Positions 48,392-63,588 of a DNA stretch of 64,000 nt are shown piece by piece. Source of the DNA: Escherichia coli. Lineage in GTDB: Bacteria; Pseudomonadota; Gammaproteobacteria; Enterobacterales; Enterobacteriaceae. The position numbers and the translations under genes are program-made. The DNA lies in the NCBI RefSeq assembly GCF_041886205.1, contig NZ_CP169029.1; one strand, written 5' to 3'. The notes beneath the pieces were generated by a model. That model was not told where the DNA came from, ran no database searches, and saw only the letters and a list, made by a program, of their open reading frames with translations. The first letter of the stretch is position 1. Each line of letters begins with the position of its first letter.

Positions 48392-49063
48392 ATGCGCGTA
48401 CTGGTTGTTGAAGACAATGCGTTGTTACGTCACCACCTTAAAGTTCAGATTCAGGATGCTGGTCATCAGGTCGATGACGCAGAAGATGCCAAAGAAGCCG
48501 ATTATTATCTCAATGAACATATACCGGATATTGCGATTGTCGATCTCGGATTGCCAGACGAGGACGGTCTGTCACTGATTCGCCGCTGGCGTAGCAACGA
48601 TGTTTCACTGCCGATTCTGGTATTAACCGCCCGTGAAAGCTGGCAGGACAAAGTCGAAGTATTAAGTGCCGGTGCTGATGATTATGTGACTAAACCGTTT
48701 CATATTGAAGAGGTGATGGCGCGAATGCAGGCATTAATGCGGCGTAATAGCGGTCTGGCTTCACAGGTCATTTCGCTCCCCCCGTTTCAGGTTGATCTCT
48801 CTCGCCGTGAATTATCTATTAATGACGAAGTGATCAAACTGACCGCGTTCGAATACACCATTATGGAAACGTTGATACGCAATAATGGCAAAGTGGTGAG
48901 CAAAGATTCGTTAATGCTACAACTCTATCCGGATGCGGAGCTGCGGGAAAGCCATACCATTGATGTACTGATGGGACGTCTGCGCAAAAAAATTCAGGCA
49001 CAATATCCGCAAGAAGTGATTACCACCGTTCGCGGCCAGGGCTATCTGTTCGAATTGCGCTGA
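48392..49063 (+). CDS. phoP: Response regulator PhoP (OmpR family), 223 aa
   Basis: Translation recognised ([19 protein letters not shown]...). Confidence 0.97.
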   Translation: MRVLVVEDNALLRHHLKVQIQDAGHQVDDAEDAKEADYYLNEHIPDIAIVDLGLPDEDGLSLIRRWRSNDVSLPILVLTARESWQDKVEVLSAGADDYVTKPFHIEEVMARMQALMRRNSGLASQVISLPPFQVDLSRRELSINDEVIKLTAFEYTIMETLIRNNGKVVSKDSLMLQLYPDAELRESHTIDVLMGRLRKKIQAQYPQEVITTVRGQGYLFELR

Positions 49064-50523
49064 TGAAAAAATTACTGCGTCTTTTTTTCCCGCTCTCGCT
49101 GCGGGTACGTTTTCTGTTGGCAACGGCAGCGGTAGTACTGGTGCTTTCGCTTGCCTACGGAATGGTCGCGCTGATCGGTTATAGCGTCAGTTTCGATAAA
49201 ACTACGTTTCGGCTGTTACGTGGCGAAAGCAATCTGTTCTATACCCTTGCGAAGTGGGAAAACAATAAGTTGCATGTCGAGTTACCAGAAAATATCGACA
49301 AGCAAAGCCCCACCATGACGCTAATTTATGATGAGAACGGGCAGCTTTTATGGGCGCAACGTGACGTGCCCTGGCTGATGAAGATGATCCAGCCTGACTG
49401 GCTGAAATCGAATGGTTTTCATGAAATTGAAGCGGATGTTAACGATACCAGCCTCTTGCTGAGTGGAGATCATTCGATACAGCAACAGTTGCAGGAAGTG
49501 CGGGAAGATGACGACGACGCGGAGATGACCCACTCGGTGGCAGTAAACGTCTACCCGGCAACATCGCGGATGCCAAAATTAACCATTGTGGTGGTGGATA
49601 CCATTCCGGTGGAGCTAAAAAGTTCCTATATGGTCTGGAGCTGGTTTATCTATGTGCTCTCAGCCAATCTGCTGTTAGTGATCCCGCTGCTGTGGGTCGC
49701 CGCCTGGTGGAGTTTACGCCCCATCGAAGCCCTGGCAAAAGAAGTCCGCGAACTGGAAGAACATAACCGCGAATTGCTCAATCCAGCCACAACGCGAGAA
49801 CTGACCAGTCTGGTACGAAACCTGAACCGATTGTTAAAAAGTGAACGCGAACGTTACGACAAATACCGTACGACGCTCACCGACCTGACCCATAGTCTGA
49901 AAACGCCACTGGCGGTGCTGCAAAGTACGCTGCGTTCTCTGCGTAGTGAAAAGATGAGCGTCAGTGATGCTGAACCGGTAATGCTGGAGCAAATCAGCCG
50001 CATTTCACAGCAAATTGGCTACTACCTGCATCGTGCCAGTATGCGCGGCGGGACATTGCTTAGCCGCGAGCTGCATCCGGTCGCCCCACTGCTGGACAAT
50101 CTCACCTCGGCGCTGAACAAAGTGTATCAACGCAAAGGGGTCAATATCTCTCTCGATATTTCGCCAGAGATCAGCTTTGTCGGTGAGCAGAACGATTTTG
50201 TCGAGGTGATGGGCAATCTGCTGGATAATGCCTGTAAATATTGCCTCGAGTTTGTCGAAATTTCTGCAAGGCAAACCGACGAGCATCTCTATATTGTGGT
50301 CGAGGATGATGGACCCGGTATTCCATTAAGCAAGCGAGAGGTCATTTTCGACCGTGGTCAACGGGTTGATACTTTACGCCCTGGGCAAGGTGTAGGGCTG
50401 GCGGTAGCCCGCGAAATCACCGAGCAATATGAGGGTAAAATCGTCGCCGGAGAGAGCATGCTGGGCGGTGCGCGGATGGAGGTGATTTTTGGTCGCCAGC
50501 ATTCTGCGCCGAAAGATGAATAA
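49063..50523 (+). CDS. phoQ: Sensor histidine kinase PhoQ, 486 aa
   Basis: Translation recognised; overlaps phoP stop (ATGA). Confidence 0.97.
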   Translation: MKKLLRLFFPLSLRVRFLLATAAVVLVLSLAYGMVALIGYSVSFDKTTFRLLRGESNLFYTLAKWENNKLHVELPENIDKQSPTMTLIYDENGQLLWAQRDVPWLMKMIQPDWLKSNGFHEIEADVNDTSLLLSGDHSIQQQLQEVREDDDDAEMTHSVAVNVYPATSRMPKLTIVVVDTIPVELKSSYMVWSWFIYVLSANLLLVIPLLWVAAWWSLRPIEALAKEVRELEEHNRELLNPATTRELTSLVRNLNRLLKSERERYDKYRTTLTDLTHSLKTPLAVLQSTLRSLRSEKMSVSDAEPVMLEQISRISQQIGYYLHRASMRGGTLLSRELHPVAPLLDNLTSALNKVYQRKGVNISLDISPEISFVGEQNDFVEVMGNLLDNACKYCLEFVEISARQTDEHLYIVVEDDGPGIPLSKREVIFDRGQRVDTLRPGQGVGLAVAREITEQYEGKIVAGESMLGGARMEVIFGRQHSAPKDE

Positions 50524-50598
50524 ATATGTCCATACTTCACGCATTACGTTAAGCATCCGTTATAATCGGTTGCAGATACCAGCCTGTGGATGCTTAAC

Positions 50599-51720
50599 AT
50601 GGAATACCAACTCACTCTTAACTGGCCCGATTTTCTTGAACGTCACTGGCAGAAACGCCCGGTGGTGTTAAAACGCGGCTTTAATAATTTTATTGACCCG
50701 ATCTCTCCAGACGAGTTGGCGGGTCTGGCGATGGAAAGCGAAGTCGACAGTCGACTGGTCAGTCACCAGGATGGCAAATGGCAGGTCAGCCACGGTCCGT
50801 TCGAAAGCTACGATCATCTCGGTGAAACTAACTGGTCATTGTTAGTGCAAGCAGTAAATCACTGGCATGAGCCGACCGCCGCGCTGATGCGACCGTTCCG
50901 TGAACTACCGGACTGGCGTATTGATGATCTGATGATCTCTTTTTCTGTACCTGGCGGCGGCGTCGGCCCGCATCTCGATCAGTACGACGTGTTTATCATT
51001 CAGGGTACCGGACGTCGTCGCTGGCGAGTGGGCGAAAAGCTGCAAATGAAACAGCACTGCCCACACCCGGATCTGTTACAGGTCGATCCGTTCGAAGCCA
51101 TCATCGATGAAGAGCTGGAGCCTGGCGATATTCTTTATATTCCGCCAGGATTCCCGCATGAAGGCTACGCGCTGGAAAATGCGATGAACTATTCCGTGGG
51201 TTTTCGCGCGCCAAATACGCGGGAATTAATTAGCGGATTTGCCGATTATGTGCTGCAACGTGAACTGGGCGGCAACTACTACAGCGATCCTGATGTTCCA
51301 CCTCGCGCTCATCCTGCGGACGTTCTGCCGCAAGAGATGGATAAACTGCGTGAGATGATGCTCGAATTGATCAACCAGCCGGAACACTTTAAGCAATGGT
51401 TTGGCGAGTTTATATCCCAGTCACGTCATGAACTGGATATCGCGCCGCCAGAGCCGCCTTATCAGCCGGATGAAATCTACGATGCGCTGAAACAAGGTGA
51501 TGTGCTGGTGCGCCTTGGTGGTCTGCGCGTATTGCGCATTGGCGACGACGTGTATGCCAATGGTGAGAAGATCGATTCCCCGCACCGTCCGGCACTGGAT
51601 GCACTCGCCAGCAACATTGCGCTGACTGCGGAGAATTTTGGCGATGCGCTGGAAGATCCGTCATTCCTCGCGATGCTCGCGACGCTGGTCAATAGCGGGT
51701 ATTGGTTCTTCGAAGGGTAA
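50599..51720 (+). CDS. roxA: Ribosomal protein L16 arginine hydroxylase RoxA (YcfD; JmjC/cupin), 373 aa
   Basis: Translation recognised (MEYQLTLNWPDFLERHWQKRPVVLKRGF...). Confidence 0.9.
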   Translation: MEYQLTLNWPDFLERHWQKRPVVLKRGFNNFIDPISPDELAGLAMESEVDSRLVSHQDGKWQVSHGPFESYDHLGETNWSLLVQAVNHWHEPTAALMRPFRELPDWRIDDLMISFSVPGGGVGPHLDQYDVFIIQGTGRRRWRVGEKLQMKQHCPHPDLLQVDPFEAIIDEELEPGDILYIPPGFPHEGYALENAMNYSVGFRAPNTRELISGFADYVLQRELGGNYYSDPDVPPRAHPADVLPQEMDKLREMMLELINQPEHFKQWFGEFISQSRHELDIAPPEPPYQPDEIYDALKQGDVLVRLGGLRVLRIGDDVYANGEKIDSPHRPALDALASNIALTAENFGDALEDPSFLAMLATLVNSGYWFFEG

Positions 51721-51768
51721 GTTTGGATTTAAGCCGGATGCGGCATCACATGCCGCATCCCTTTTCGC

Positions 51769-52995
51769 TTACTTCCGTTGCGCCGTTAACTCGGCAATAC
51801 GGACGATCACCTGCACCGCTTTTTCCATACCTTCCAGAGTCACAAACTCATGCTTACCATGATAGTTGTAACCGCCAGTGAACAGGTTCGGGCACGGTAA
51901 TCCCATAAACGACAACTGCGCGCCGTCGGTACCGCCGCGGATCGGTTTCAGTTCCGGTTCAATATCGCAGTCACGCATCGCCTGCTGGGCGATATCGAGA
52001 ATATGCGGATGCTCAACCACTTTCTCGCGCATATTGTAGTAACTGTCTTCAATCACCAGTTCAATGTAGCAATCAGGATGTAACCCTTTGCCCACTTTTT
52101 TGGCGATCTCCATCATTTTACGTTTACGCGCTTCAAACTGTTTACGGTCGAAATCACGGATGATGTAGTGCATATCGGCTCGGTCAACGGTGCCTTTCAT
52201 GCTCGCCAGGTGATAGAAACCTTCATAGCCTTCTGTCATTTCCGGGCTTTCATCCGCCGGAACTTCCGCATGAATACGTGCCGCCAGCGACAGCGCATTT
52301 ACCATCACTCCTTTCGCCGTGCCCGGATGAACATTGTTACCGACAATTTTGATATTGACCGATGCGGCGTTGAAGTTTTCAAACTCCAGTTCGCCTACGC
52401 CACCACCGTCAACAGTGTAAGCCCAGCGGGCATCGAAGGCATCAACATCAAAATGTTTCGCCCCTTTGCCCACTTCTTCATCCGGGGTAAAGGCGACGCG
52501 AATATCACCATGCGGAATGTTTTTCTGTTGCAATACCGCCAGCGCGGTCATGATTTCTGCAATACCGGCTTTGTCATCGGCACCTAACAAGGTTTTACCA
52601 TCGGTGGTAATCAACGTCTGACCCAGTAGCTGATGCAGCACCGGGAACATAACCGGTGATAAAACTTCATCGCCGATACCCAGCGCAATATCGCCACCGC
52701 GATAGTTTTCAACAATTTGCGGATTAACATTTTTGCCGCTGCAATCCGGTGAGGTATCCACATGAGAAATAAAGCCAATCGCCGGGATATCGCCAGGGAC
52801 GTTAGCCGGTAACGTCGCCATCAAAGTGCCCTTCTCACTTAAGGTCACATTGATAAGCCCCATTTCTTCGAGCTGCTCTTTCAGCAGATGCAATAACTTC
52901 CATTGGCCTTCCGTGCTGGGAACCTGTCTCACCCCTGCTTTTGATTGGGTATCCAGAGACACGTAGTTCAAAAATCGCTCAAGTAGTTTATCCAT
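51769..52995 (-). CDS. pepT: Peptidase T (tripeptidase), 408 aa
   Basis: Translation recognised ([21 protein letters not shown]...). Confidence 0.95.
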   Translation of the reverse strand: MDKLLERFLNYVSLDTQSKAGVRQVPSTEGQWKLLHLLKEQLEEMGLINVTLSEKGTLMATLPANVPGDIPAIGFISHVDTSPDCSGKNVNPQIVENYRGGDIALGIGDEVLSPVMFPVLHQLLGQTLITTDGKTLLGADDKAGIAEIMTALAVLQQKNIPHGDIRVAFTPDEEVGKGAKHFDVDAFDARWAYTVDGGGVGELEFENFNAASVNIKIVGNNVHPGTAKGVMVNALSLAARIHAEVPADESPEMTEGYEGFYHLASMKGTVDRADMHYIIRDFDRKQFEARKRKMMEIAKKVGKGLHPDCYIELVIEDSYYNMREKVVEHPHILDIAQQAMRDCDIEPELKPIRGGTDGAQLSFMGLPCPNLFTGGYNYHGKHEFVTLEGMEKAVQVIVRIAELTAQRK

Positions 52996-53244
52996 GTAGT
53001 CACCCTCACTTTTTGTGACAACATTATTAAGAAGCAAGAAAAGACAAATATTGCGTCAGGTCACTTTTACCCCTGCAAGCGGGAATATTTATCAGCATTA
53101 CCTTAATGAATATAAAGCTAAGCCAGTAATTCACAACAAAGATTGGCGATTCAAGCGGTTTGCCGTAGAATTACCGCCCTCATTAAGAGTCACCAAGGTG
53201 GTTAACCACAAACCCCGCATCGGTAAGCCATCCGTTGCGTTTAC

Positions 53245-54381
53245 ATGGGACAGAGTAAAAAATTGAATAAACAACCGAGTTCGCTTTCACCGCTGGTGCA
53301 ATTGGCGGGAATTCGCAAATGCTTTGATGGTAAAGAGGTCATTCCCCAGCTGGATCTGACTATCAACAATGGCGAGTTCCTCACGCTGCTTGGCCCTTCT
53401 GGCTGCGGTAAAACAACCGTTCTTCGCCTGATTGCAGGTCTGGAAACTGTTGATTCCGGACGCATCATGCTGGATAACGAGGACATCACCCACGTTCCGG
53501 CGGAAAACCGCTATGTGAACACTGTTTTCCAAAGCTACGCACTTTTCCCCCACATGACCGTGTTCGAAAATGTGGCCTTTGGGTTGCGCATGCAAAAAAC
53601 CCCCGCTGCTGAAATTACGCCCCGCGTGATGGAAGCCCTGCGGATGGTGCAACTGGAAACCTTCGCTCAACGTAAACCGCATCAGCTCTCTGGTGGTCAA
53701 CAGCAACGCGTCGCCATTGCTCGCGCGGTGGTTAACAAGCCTCGTCTGTTGTTGCTGGATGAGTCGCTCTCAGCGCTGGATTACAAACTGCGTAAGCAAA
53801 TGCAGAACGAGCTGAAAGCGTTACAGCGTAAGCTTGGTATTACCTTCGTCTTTGTCACTCACGATCAGGAAGAAGCGCTCACCATGTCAGACAGGATTGT
53901 GGTGATGCGCGAGGGTCGTATTGAGCAAGATGGTACACCGCGCGAAATTTACGAAGAGCCGAAAAACCTGTTTGTTGCCGGCTTCATTGGCGAAATCAAT
54001 ATGTTTAACGCCACTGTCATCGAACGTCTAGACGAGCAGCGCGTACGCGCCAACGTTGAAGGCCGCGAATGTAATATCTACGTTAACTTCGCCGTTGAAC
54101 CGGGGCAAAAACTGCATGTTCTGCTGCGCCCGGAAGACTTACGTGTTGAAGAGATTAACGACGACAACCACGCTGAAGGGCTGATTGGTTACGTTCGTGA
54201 GCGTAACTACAAAGGCATGACGCTGGAGTCGGTTGTTGAACTGGAAAATGGCAAGATGGTGATGGTCAGCGAATTCTTCAATGAAGACGACCCTGACTTT
54301 GACCACTCTCTCGACCAAAAAATGGCCATTAATTGGGTAGAAAGCTGGGAGGTCGTACTGGCTGATGAAGAACACAAGTAA
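53245..54381 (+). CDS. potA: Spermidine/putrescine ABC transporter ATPase PotA, 378 aa
   Basis: Translation recognised; Walker [10 protein letters not shown], signature LSGGQQQR. Confidence 0.95.
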   Translation: MGQSKKLNKQPSSLSPLVQLAGIRKCFDGKEVIPQLDLTINNGEFLTLLGPSGCGKTTVLRLIAGLETVDSGRIMLDNEDITHVPAENRYVNTVFQSYALFPHMTVFENVAFGLRMQKTPAAEITPRVMEALRMVQLETFAQRKPHQLSGGQQQRVAIARAVVNKPRLLLLDESLSALDYKLRKQMQNELKALQRKLGITFVFVTHDQEEALTMSDRIVVMREGRIEQDGTPREIYEEPKNLFVAGFIGEINMFNATVIERLDEQRVRANVEGRECNIYVNFAVEPGQKLHVLLRPEDLRVEEINDDNHAEGLIGYVRERNYKGMTLESVVELENGKMVMVSEFFNEDDPDFDHSLDQKMAINWVESWEVVLADEEHK

Positions 54382-54394
54382 GTTCCAGAATGTA

Positions 54395-55222
54395 GTGATT
54401 GTCACTATTGTCGGTTGGCTTGTGTTGTTTGTCTTTCTGCCCAACCTGATGATCATTGGCACCAGCTTTTTGACCCGCGACGACGCCAGTTTCGTCAAAA
54501 TGGTCTTTACGCTGGATAACTACACGCGTCTGCTCGATCCGCTCTATTTTGAAGTGCTATTGCACTCGCTGAATATGGCGCTGATCGCCACCCTCGCCTG
54601 CCTGGTGCTGGGCTACCCGTTTGCCTGGTTTCTGGCGAAGCTGCCACACAAGGTGCGTCCGCTGCTGCTGTTTCTGCTGATTGTTCCCTTCTGGACCAAC
54701 TCACTGATTCGCATCTACGGGCTGAAAATTTTCCTCAGCACCAAAGGCTATCTCAACGAGTTTTTGCTCTGGCTGGGCGTTATCGACACACCAATCCGTA
54801 TCATGTTCACGCCCAGTGCGGTGATTATCGGTCTGGTTTACATTCTGCTGCCGTTTATGGTGATGCCGCTGTACTCCAGTATTGAAAAACTGGATAAGCC
54901 GTTGCTTGAGGCGGCGCGCGATCTCGGTGCCAGCAAGTTACAGACTTTTATCCGTATCATTATTCCACTGACGATGCCGGGAATTATTGCCGGATGTCTG
55001 CTGGTGATGCTGCCAGCGATGGGCCTGTTCTATGTATCCGACCTGATGGGCGGTGCGAAAAACCTGCTGATCGGTAACGTCATCAAGGTACAGTTCCTCA
55101 ATATTCGTGACTGGCCATTTGGTGCAGCCACCAGCATTACGCTGACTATCGTAATGGGCCTGATGTTGCTGGTTTACTGGCGCGCTTCTCGTTTGCTGAA
55201 TAAGAAGGTGGAACTGGAATGA
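54395..55222 (+). CDS. potB: Spermidine/putrescine ABC transporter permease PotB, 275 aa, GTG start
   Basis: Translation recognised; start trimmed to (M)IVTIVGWLV. Confidence 0.9.
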   Translation: MIVTIVGWLVLFVFLPNLMIIGTSFLTRDDASFVKMVFTLDNYTRLLDPLYFEVLLHSLNMALIATLACLVLGYPFAWFLAKLPHKVRPLLLFLLIVPFWTNSLIRIYGLKIFLSTKGYLNEFLLWLGVIDTPIRIMFTPSAVIIGLVYILLPFMVMPLYSSIEKLDKPLLEAARDLGASKLQTFIRIIIPLTMPGIIAGCLLVMLPAMGLFYVSDLMGGAKNLLIGNVIKVQFLNIRDWPFGAATSITLTIVMGLMLLVYWRASRLLNKKVELE

Positions 55223-56013
55223 TCGGTCGACTGCTTCGCGGCGGTTTTATGACCGCTATCTACGCGTACCTGTATATCCCAATCATTATTTTGATTGTGA
55301 ACTCCTTTAACAGCTCGCGCTTTGGCATCAACTGGCAGGGTTTTACCACCAAATGGTATAGCCTGCTGATGAACAACGACAGCCTGTTACAGGCAGCGCA
55401 GCATTCACTAACAATGGCGGTGTTTTCGGCAACATTTGCTACGCTTATCGGTTCACTGACGGCAGTTGCGCTGTACCGTTATCGCTTTCGTGGTAAGCCG
55501 TTCGTTAGCGGAATGCTGTTTGTGGTGATGATGTCACCAGATATCGTGATGGCGATTTCGCTGCTGGTACTGTTTATGCTGCTGGGAATTCAGCTTGGCT
55601 TCTGGTCGCTGCTGTTCTCTCATATCACCTTCTGCCTGCCATTTGTGGTGGTGACGGTGTATTCGCGCCTGAAAGGTTTTGACGTGCGGATGCTGGAAGC
55701 GGCGAAAGATCTCGGTGCCAGCGAATTTACCATTCTGCGAAAAATCATACTGCCACTGGCAATGCCAGCGGTGGCGGCGGGCTGGGTGTTAAGCTTTACC
55801 CTGTCGATGGACGATGTGGTAGTTTCTTCGTTCGTCACCGGACCAAGTTATGAAATTCTGCCGTTAAAAATTTATTCGATGGTCAAAGTCGGCGTATCGC
55901 CGGAAGTTAACGCGCTGGCAACCATATTACTGGTGCTGTCGCTGGTGATGGTTATTGCCAGTCAGCTTATTGCTCGTGATAAAACGAAAGGTAACACAGG
56001 GGACGTTAAATGA
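55219..56013 (+). CDS. potC: Spermidine/putrescine ABC transporter permease PotC, 264 aa
   Basis: Translation recognised. Confidence 0.95.
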   Translation: MIGRLLRGGFMTAIYAYLYIPIIILIVNSFNSSRFGINWQGFTTKWYSLLMNNDSLLQAAQHSLTMAVFSATFATLIGSLTAVALYRYRFRGKPFVSGMLFVVMMSPDIVMAISLLVLFMLLGIQLGFWSLLFSHITFCLPFVVVTVYSRLKGFDVRMLEAAKDLGASEFTILRKIILPLAMPAVAAGWVLSFTLSMDDVVVSSFVTGPSYEILPLKIYSMVKVGVSPEVNALATILLVLSLVMVIASQLIARDKTKGNTGDVK

Positions 56014-57056
56014 AAAAATGGTCACGCCACCTGCTCGCGGCGGGTGCTCTGGCACTGGGCATGAGCGCCGCTCACGCCGATGACAACAACACGCTGTATT
56101 TCTACAACTGGACCGAGTACGTGCCGCCAGGACTGCTTGAACAGTTCACCAAAGAAACCGGTATTAAGGTTATCTATTCGACTTACGAGTCGAACGAAAC
56201 CATGTACGCCAAGCTGAAAACGTACAAAGACGGTGCGTATGACCTGGTGGTTCCTTCAACCTATTACGTCGATAAAATGCGTAAAGAAGGGATGATCCAG
56301 AAGATCGACAAGTCGAAGTTAACGAACTTCAGCAATCTCGATCCAGACATGCTCAACAAGCCTTTTGACCCGAATAACGACTACTCCATTCCGTATATCT
56401 GGGGTGCGACGGCGATTGGTGTTAACGGTGATGCGGTGGATCCGAAATCTGTCACCAGCTGGGCCGATCTGTGGAAGCCAGAGTACAAAGGCAGCCTGCT
56501 GTTGACCGACGATGCCCGTGAAGTGTTCCAGATGGCGCTGCGTAAGCTGGGCTATTCCGGTAACACCACCGATCCGAAAGAGATTGAAGCTGCATATAAC
56601 GAGCTGAAAAAACTGATGCCAAACGTCGCAGCGTTTAACTCCGATAACCCGGCTAACCCGTACATGGAAGGCGAAGTTAACCTCGGCATGATCTGGAACG
56701 GTTCTGCTTTCGTTGCACGCCAAGCGGGTACGCCTATTGACGTGGTGTGGCCGAAAGAAGGCGGCATATTCTGGATGGACAGCCTGGCGATCCCGGCAAA
56801 TGCCAAAAACAAAGAAGGCGCGCTGAAATTGATCAACTTCCTGCTGCGCCCGGATGTGGCAAAACAGGTTGCTGAAACTATCGGTTATCCAACGCCAAAC
56901 CTTGCGGCGCGTAAGCTGTTAAGCCCGGAAGTGGCGAACGATAAAACGCTCTACCCGGATGCTGAAACCATTAAAAATGGTGAATGGCAGAATGACGTTG
57001 GCGCAGCCAGCAGCATTTATGAAGAGTATTATCAGAAGCTGAAAGCAGGACGTTAA
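56010..57056 (+). CDS. potD: Spermidine/putrescine-binding periplasmic protein PotD, 348 aa
   Basis: Translation recognised; signal peptide. Confidence 0.95.
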   Translation: MKKWSRHLLAAGALALGMSAAHADDNNTLYFYNWTEYVPPGLLEQFTKETGIKVIYSTYESNETMYAKLKTYKDGAYDLVVPSTYYVDKMRKEGMIQKIDKSKLTNFSNLDPDMLNKPFDPNNDYSIPYIWGATAIGVNGDAVDPKSVTSWADLWKPEYKGSLLLTDDAREVFQMALRKLGYSGNTTDPKEIEAAYNELKKLMPNVAAFNSDNPANPYMEGEVNLGMIWNGSAFVARQAGTPIDVVWPKEGGIFWMDSLAIPANAKNKEGALKLINFLLRPDVAKQVAETIGYPTPNLAARKLLSPEVANDKTLYPDAETIKNGEWQNDVGAASSIYEEYYQKLKAGR

Positions 57057-57063
57057 TTCAGCA

Positions 57064-57096
57064 AGCGGGCGGTGGTATTACCGCCCGTTTTTTATT
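57064..57096 (+). terminator. Rho-independent terminator of potABCD (CGGGCGG-loop-CCGCCCG then TTTTTTATTT)
   Basis: Read directly, 8 bp after the potD stop. Confidence 0.65.
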
Positions 57097-57170
57097 TAGC
57101 AAGGATGTGGCTAATGAGTCAGGACAGTAAAGTTTTATCCCGCTCTTTCGTCGGTATTGTGGTCCCCTTG

Positions 57171-57198
57171 TAGGCCTGATAAGCGTAGCGCATCAGGC
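57171..57198. repeat. REP (repetitive extragenic palindromic) element: TAGGCCTGATAAGCGTAGCGCATCAGGC
   Basis: Matches the E. coli REP consensus as I remember it; sits between potD and cobB. Confidence 0.55.
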
Positions 57199-57211
57199 AA
57201 TGCTTCCTGCT

Positions 57212-58033
57212 TTATAAGCCCTTCAGCAACTTTTCAACAAATTCTGGCACCACCTGACTTGCCGGGCCGTAATATTTCTCGGCAAATTCATTACCGACCT
57301 GACTTGGTTCGAGATTCAGTTCCACGGTGTGCGCGCCATGCAGTTTCGCTTCGTGAACAAACCCAGCCGCCGGATAAACATGCCCGGAAGTACCAATGGC
57401 AATGAAAATATCGGCCATCGACAACGCCATATAAATTTCATCCATGCCGAGCGGCATCTCACCAAACCATACTACGTGTGGACGTAGCGGTGCCGGGAAC
57501 TGGCAGCAATGGCATTTATCTTCTGGGGTAACGTCTCCGGTCCAGTCGAGAACCTGACCACTTTGTGAACAACGAACTTTCAGCAGTTCCCCATGCATAT
57601 GAATGACATTGGTATTACCTGCGCGTTCATGCAGGTTGTCTATATTCTGCGTCACCAGCAAAAAGCGATCGCCGAGAGCATCTTGCAGTTTAGCCAGCGC
57701 AAGATGCGCGGCGTTAGGCTGAATTTCTGGCTGCTGCAGCTGTCGACGACGGGCGTTATAAAACGCTTGCACCAGTTCAGGATCGCGATCGAAACCTTCC
57801 GGCGTTGCCACATCTTCAACCCGATGTTCTTCCCACAGGCCATCTGCGGCGCGAAAGGTACGAATACCTGATTCCGCAGAAATTCCTGCCCCTGTCAGTA
57901 CGAGTACTCTTGGTTTTTCCATTGCTTCCGGCACCACTTTATCTCTGAAAAAAATACGCTGACGCAAACGCTCGCGCAGGCGGCGTTTATTTTTACGAAA
58001 ACGACTTAACCGATGACCCCGACGCGACAGCAT
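57212..58033 (-). CDS. cobB: NAD-dependent protein deacylase (sirtuin) CobB, 273 aa here
   Basis: Translation recognised (long isoform N-terminus [18 protein letters not shown]...); see finding on C-terminus. Confidence 0.9.
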   Translation of the reverse strand: MLSRRGHRLSRFRKNKRRLRERLRQRIFFRDKVVPEAMEKPRVLVLTGAGISAESGIRTFRAADGLWEEHRVEDVATPEGFDRDPELVQAFYNARRRQLQQPEIQPNAAHLALAKLQDALGDRFLLVTQNIDNLHERAGNTNVIHMHGELLKVRCSQSGQVLDWTGDVTPEDKCHCCQFPAPLRPHVVWFGEMPLGMDEIYMALSMADIFIAIGTSGHVYPAAGFVHEAKLHGAHTVELNLEPSQVGNEFAEKYYGPASQVVPEFVEKLLKGL

Positions 58034-58048
58034 AGCAACCTCTGTTGT

Positions 58049-58960
58049 TTAATCGGTTAGATGTAGGAAGGCCGCACCACGCATTCCTCCCGCATCACCG
58101 TGGCGCGCGCGTTCAATGCGCGGAACACGAGCTACAGGTAAGAGATGACGAGGCAGCCTGTCCGCCAGTTGCGTTGTGATTGCCGGGAAATTCGATAAGC
58201 CACCACCAATGACGACCAGGTCAGGGTCAACAATGGTCAGGATATTTCCCAGACAAACCGCTAATAAATCCAGATAACGCTCAACGTGCGCCCTTGCCTG
58301 CTCATCGCCTTGATTATAAAGCGCAATAATTTCGGGAGCCTGCAACTGTTGATGATAATAGTGTTGATACAGCCACGCAAAACCGCGACCAGACAGATAA
58401 TTCTCAATGCAGCCATGCTGACCACAGCCGCAGCGGCGTAACGGGAAATCCAACCCCATCATGGTTAACGCATCAACCGGCAGACGCATATGGCCAAACT
58501 CGCCGGTAATGTAGCTTTTACCGGTAATCGGTTTGCCGTTGAAAATCAGCCCGCCGCCAACGCCGGTGCCGAGAATCAACCCCATCACCAGTGGATATTG
58601 AGTAAATTCATCATCCCAGGCTTCTGAAAGGGCAAAACAGTTGGCATCGTTATCAAGGCGTACATCGCGATCAAGACGTGCGCTCAGGTCGGCACGCAGC
58701 GGTTTACCGCTGGCAGCGGGGACATTGGCGGCATACAGCGTACCATCTTCTGTTTCCGGCATTCCCGGAATACCGATGCCGACAGAACCTTTACAGCCAA
58801 AACGTTGGTCAGCTTCAGCTACCAGCTCACACACTGCATCTAAAAATGCGTCATAGCTGTCACGCGGTGTCGGCACCCGCTTTTCCCACTGCAACTGCCG
58901 ACCGCTATCAAACACGCCAAGCGCAATTTTTGTTCCACCAATATCAAACCCGTAATACAT
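58049..58960 (-). CDS. nagK: N-acetyl-D-glucosamine kinase NagK, 303 aa
   Basis: Translation recognised ([17 protein letters not shown]...); start trimmed. Confidence 0.9.
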   Translation of the reverse strand: MYYGFDIGGTKIALGVFDSGRQLQWEKRVPTPRDSYDAFLDAVCELVAEADQRFGCKGSVGIGIPGMPETEDGTLYAANVPAASGKPLRADLSARLDRDVRLDNDANCFALSEAWDDEFTQYPLVMGLILGTGVGGGLIFNGKPITGKSYITGEFGHMRLPVDALTMMGLDFPLRRCGCGQHGCIENYLSGRGFAWLYQHYYHQQLQAPEIIALYNQGDEQARAHVERYLDLLAVCLGNILTIVDPDLVVIGGGLSNFPAITTQLADRLPRHLLPVARVPRIERARHGDAGGMRGAAFLHLTD

Positions 58961-58988
58961 TGCCGCTCCTTGTTTTAATGTACTGCCT

Positions 58989-62237
<3,249 letters not shown>

Positions 62238-62387
62238 TCAATCGGCTAAATTGCCATGTTTTATCATCAATCTTGCCGCCTGATCTTAATCTGAAAAATC
62301 ATCCAATACAGACAGATACCCATTACACCTCGGGTCATAACCCACAGGATCAACCGCATGTAAATTAAAAAAGAGCATGTTGTCCTG

Positions 62388-63461
62388 ATGAAACAAAAAG
62401 AGCTATGGATTAACCAGATCAAAGGGTTATGTATTTGTCTGGTAGTAATTTATCACTCGGTCATTACCTTTTATCCGCATCTGACCACTTTTCAGCATCC
62501 GTTATCGGAAGTCCTGAGCAAATGCTGGATCTATTTCAATCTTTACCTTGCCCCCTTTCGTATGCCGGTTTTTTTCTTTATATCCGGCTATTTGATTCGC
62601 CGCTATATCGACAGCGTACCATGGGGAAATTGTCTCGATAAACGGATCTGGAACATCTTCTGGGTGTTGGCGCTTTGGGGCGTGGTGCAGTGGCTGGCGT
62701 TAAGTGCGCTGAACCAGTGGCTGGCACCTGAGCGCGATTTAAGCAATGCCTCCAATGCCGCTTATGCCGATTCCACCGGTGAGTTCCTGCACGGGATGAT
62801 CACCGCCAGCACCAGCTTGTGGTATCTGTATGCGTTAATTGTCTATTTCGTGGTATGTAAAATTTTTAGCCGTCTGGCGCTGCCACTATTCGCCTTGTTT
62901 GTACTGCTGAGTGTGGCGGTTAATTTCGTTCCCACGCCGTGGTGGGGAATGAACAGTGTGATCCGCAATTTGCCTTATTACAGCCTTGGCGCATGGTTTG
63001 GCGCAACAATAATGACCTGTGTTAAAGAGGTGCCGTTGCGCCGCCATCTGCTGATGGCTTCTTTGCTTACCGTTCTGGCGGTCGGTGCCTGGTTGTTTAC
63101 TATCTCGCTTCTGTTGTCGCTGGTATCGATTGTGGTGATCATGAAGCTATTTTATCAATACGAGCAACGTTTCGGTACGCGCTCCACCAGCCTGCTGAAT
63201 GTGATAGGCTCCAACACCATTGCTATCTACACCACCCATCGCATTCTGGTTGAAATATTCAGCTTAACTCTGCTTGCGCAAATGAACGCGGCACGCTGGT
63301 CGCCGCAAGTCGAACTGACACTCCTGCTGGTTTATCCCTTTGTCAGTTTGTTGATTTGTACTATTGCGGGCTTGCTGGTAAGAAAACTTTCACAGCGCGC
63401 ATTCAGCGATCTGTTGTTCTCCCCGCCTTCACTGCCCGCTGCCGTCAGTTACTCCCGCTAA
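62388..63461 (+). CDS. ycfT: Inner-membrane acyltransferase-family protein YcfT, 357 aa
   Basis: Translation recognised; multi-TM. Confidence 0.85.
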   Translation: MKQKELWINQIKGLCICLVVIYHSVITFYPHLTTFQHPLSEVLSKCWIYFNLYLAPFRMPVFFFISGYLIRRYIDSVPWGNCLDKRIWNIFWVLALWGVVQWLALSALNQWLAPERDLSNASNAAYADSTGEFLHGMITASTSLWYLYALIVYFVVCKIFSRLALPLFALFVLLSVAVNFVPTPWWGMNSVIRNLPYYSLGAWFGATIMTCVKEVPLRRHLLMASLLTVLAVGAWLFTISLLLSLVSIVVIMKLFYQYEQRFGTRSTSLLNVIGSNTIAIYTTHRILVEIFSLTLLAQMNAARWSPQVELTLLLVYPFVSLLICTIAGLLVRKLSQRAFSDLLFSPPSLPAAVSYSR

Positions 63462-63588
63462 ACCATCGCCCCAGCCGGGGCGATTCAATTTGCTAAACCA
63501 TGTCGATTACGGATAATGAACAGCATTGCTTATCAGAGATATGCCCCCATATGTTGAGGCATATCCTAACGAGAATCTGACAACCGTT

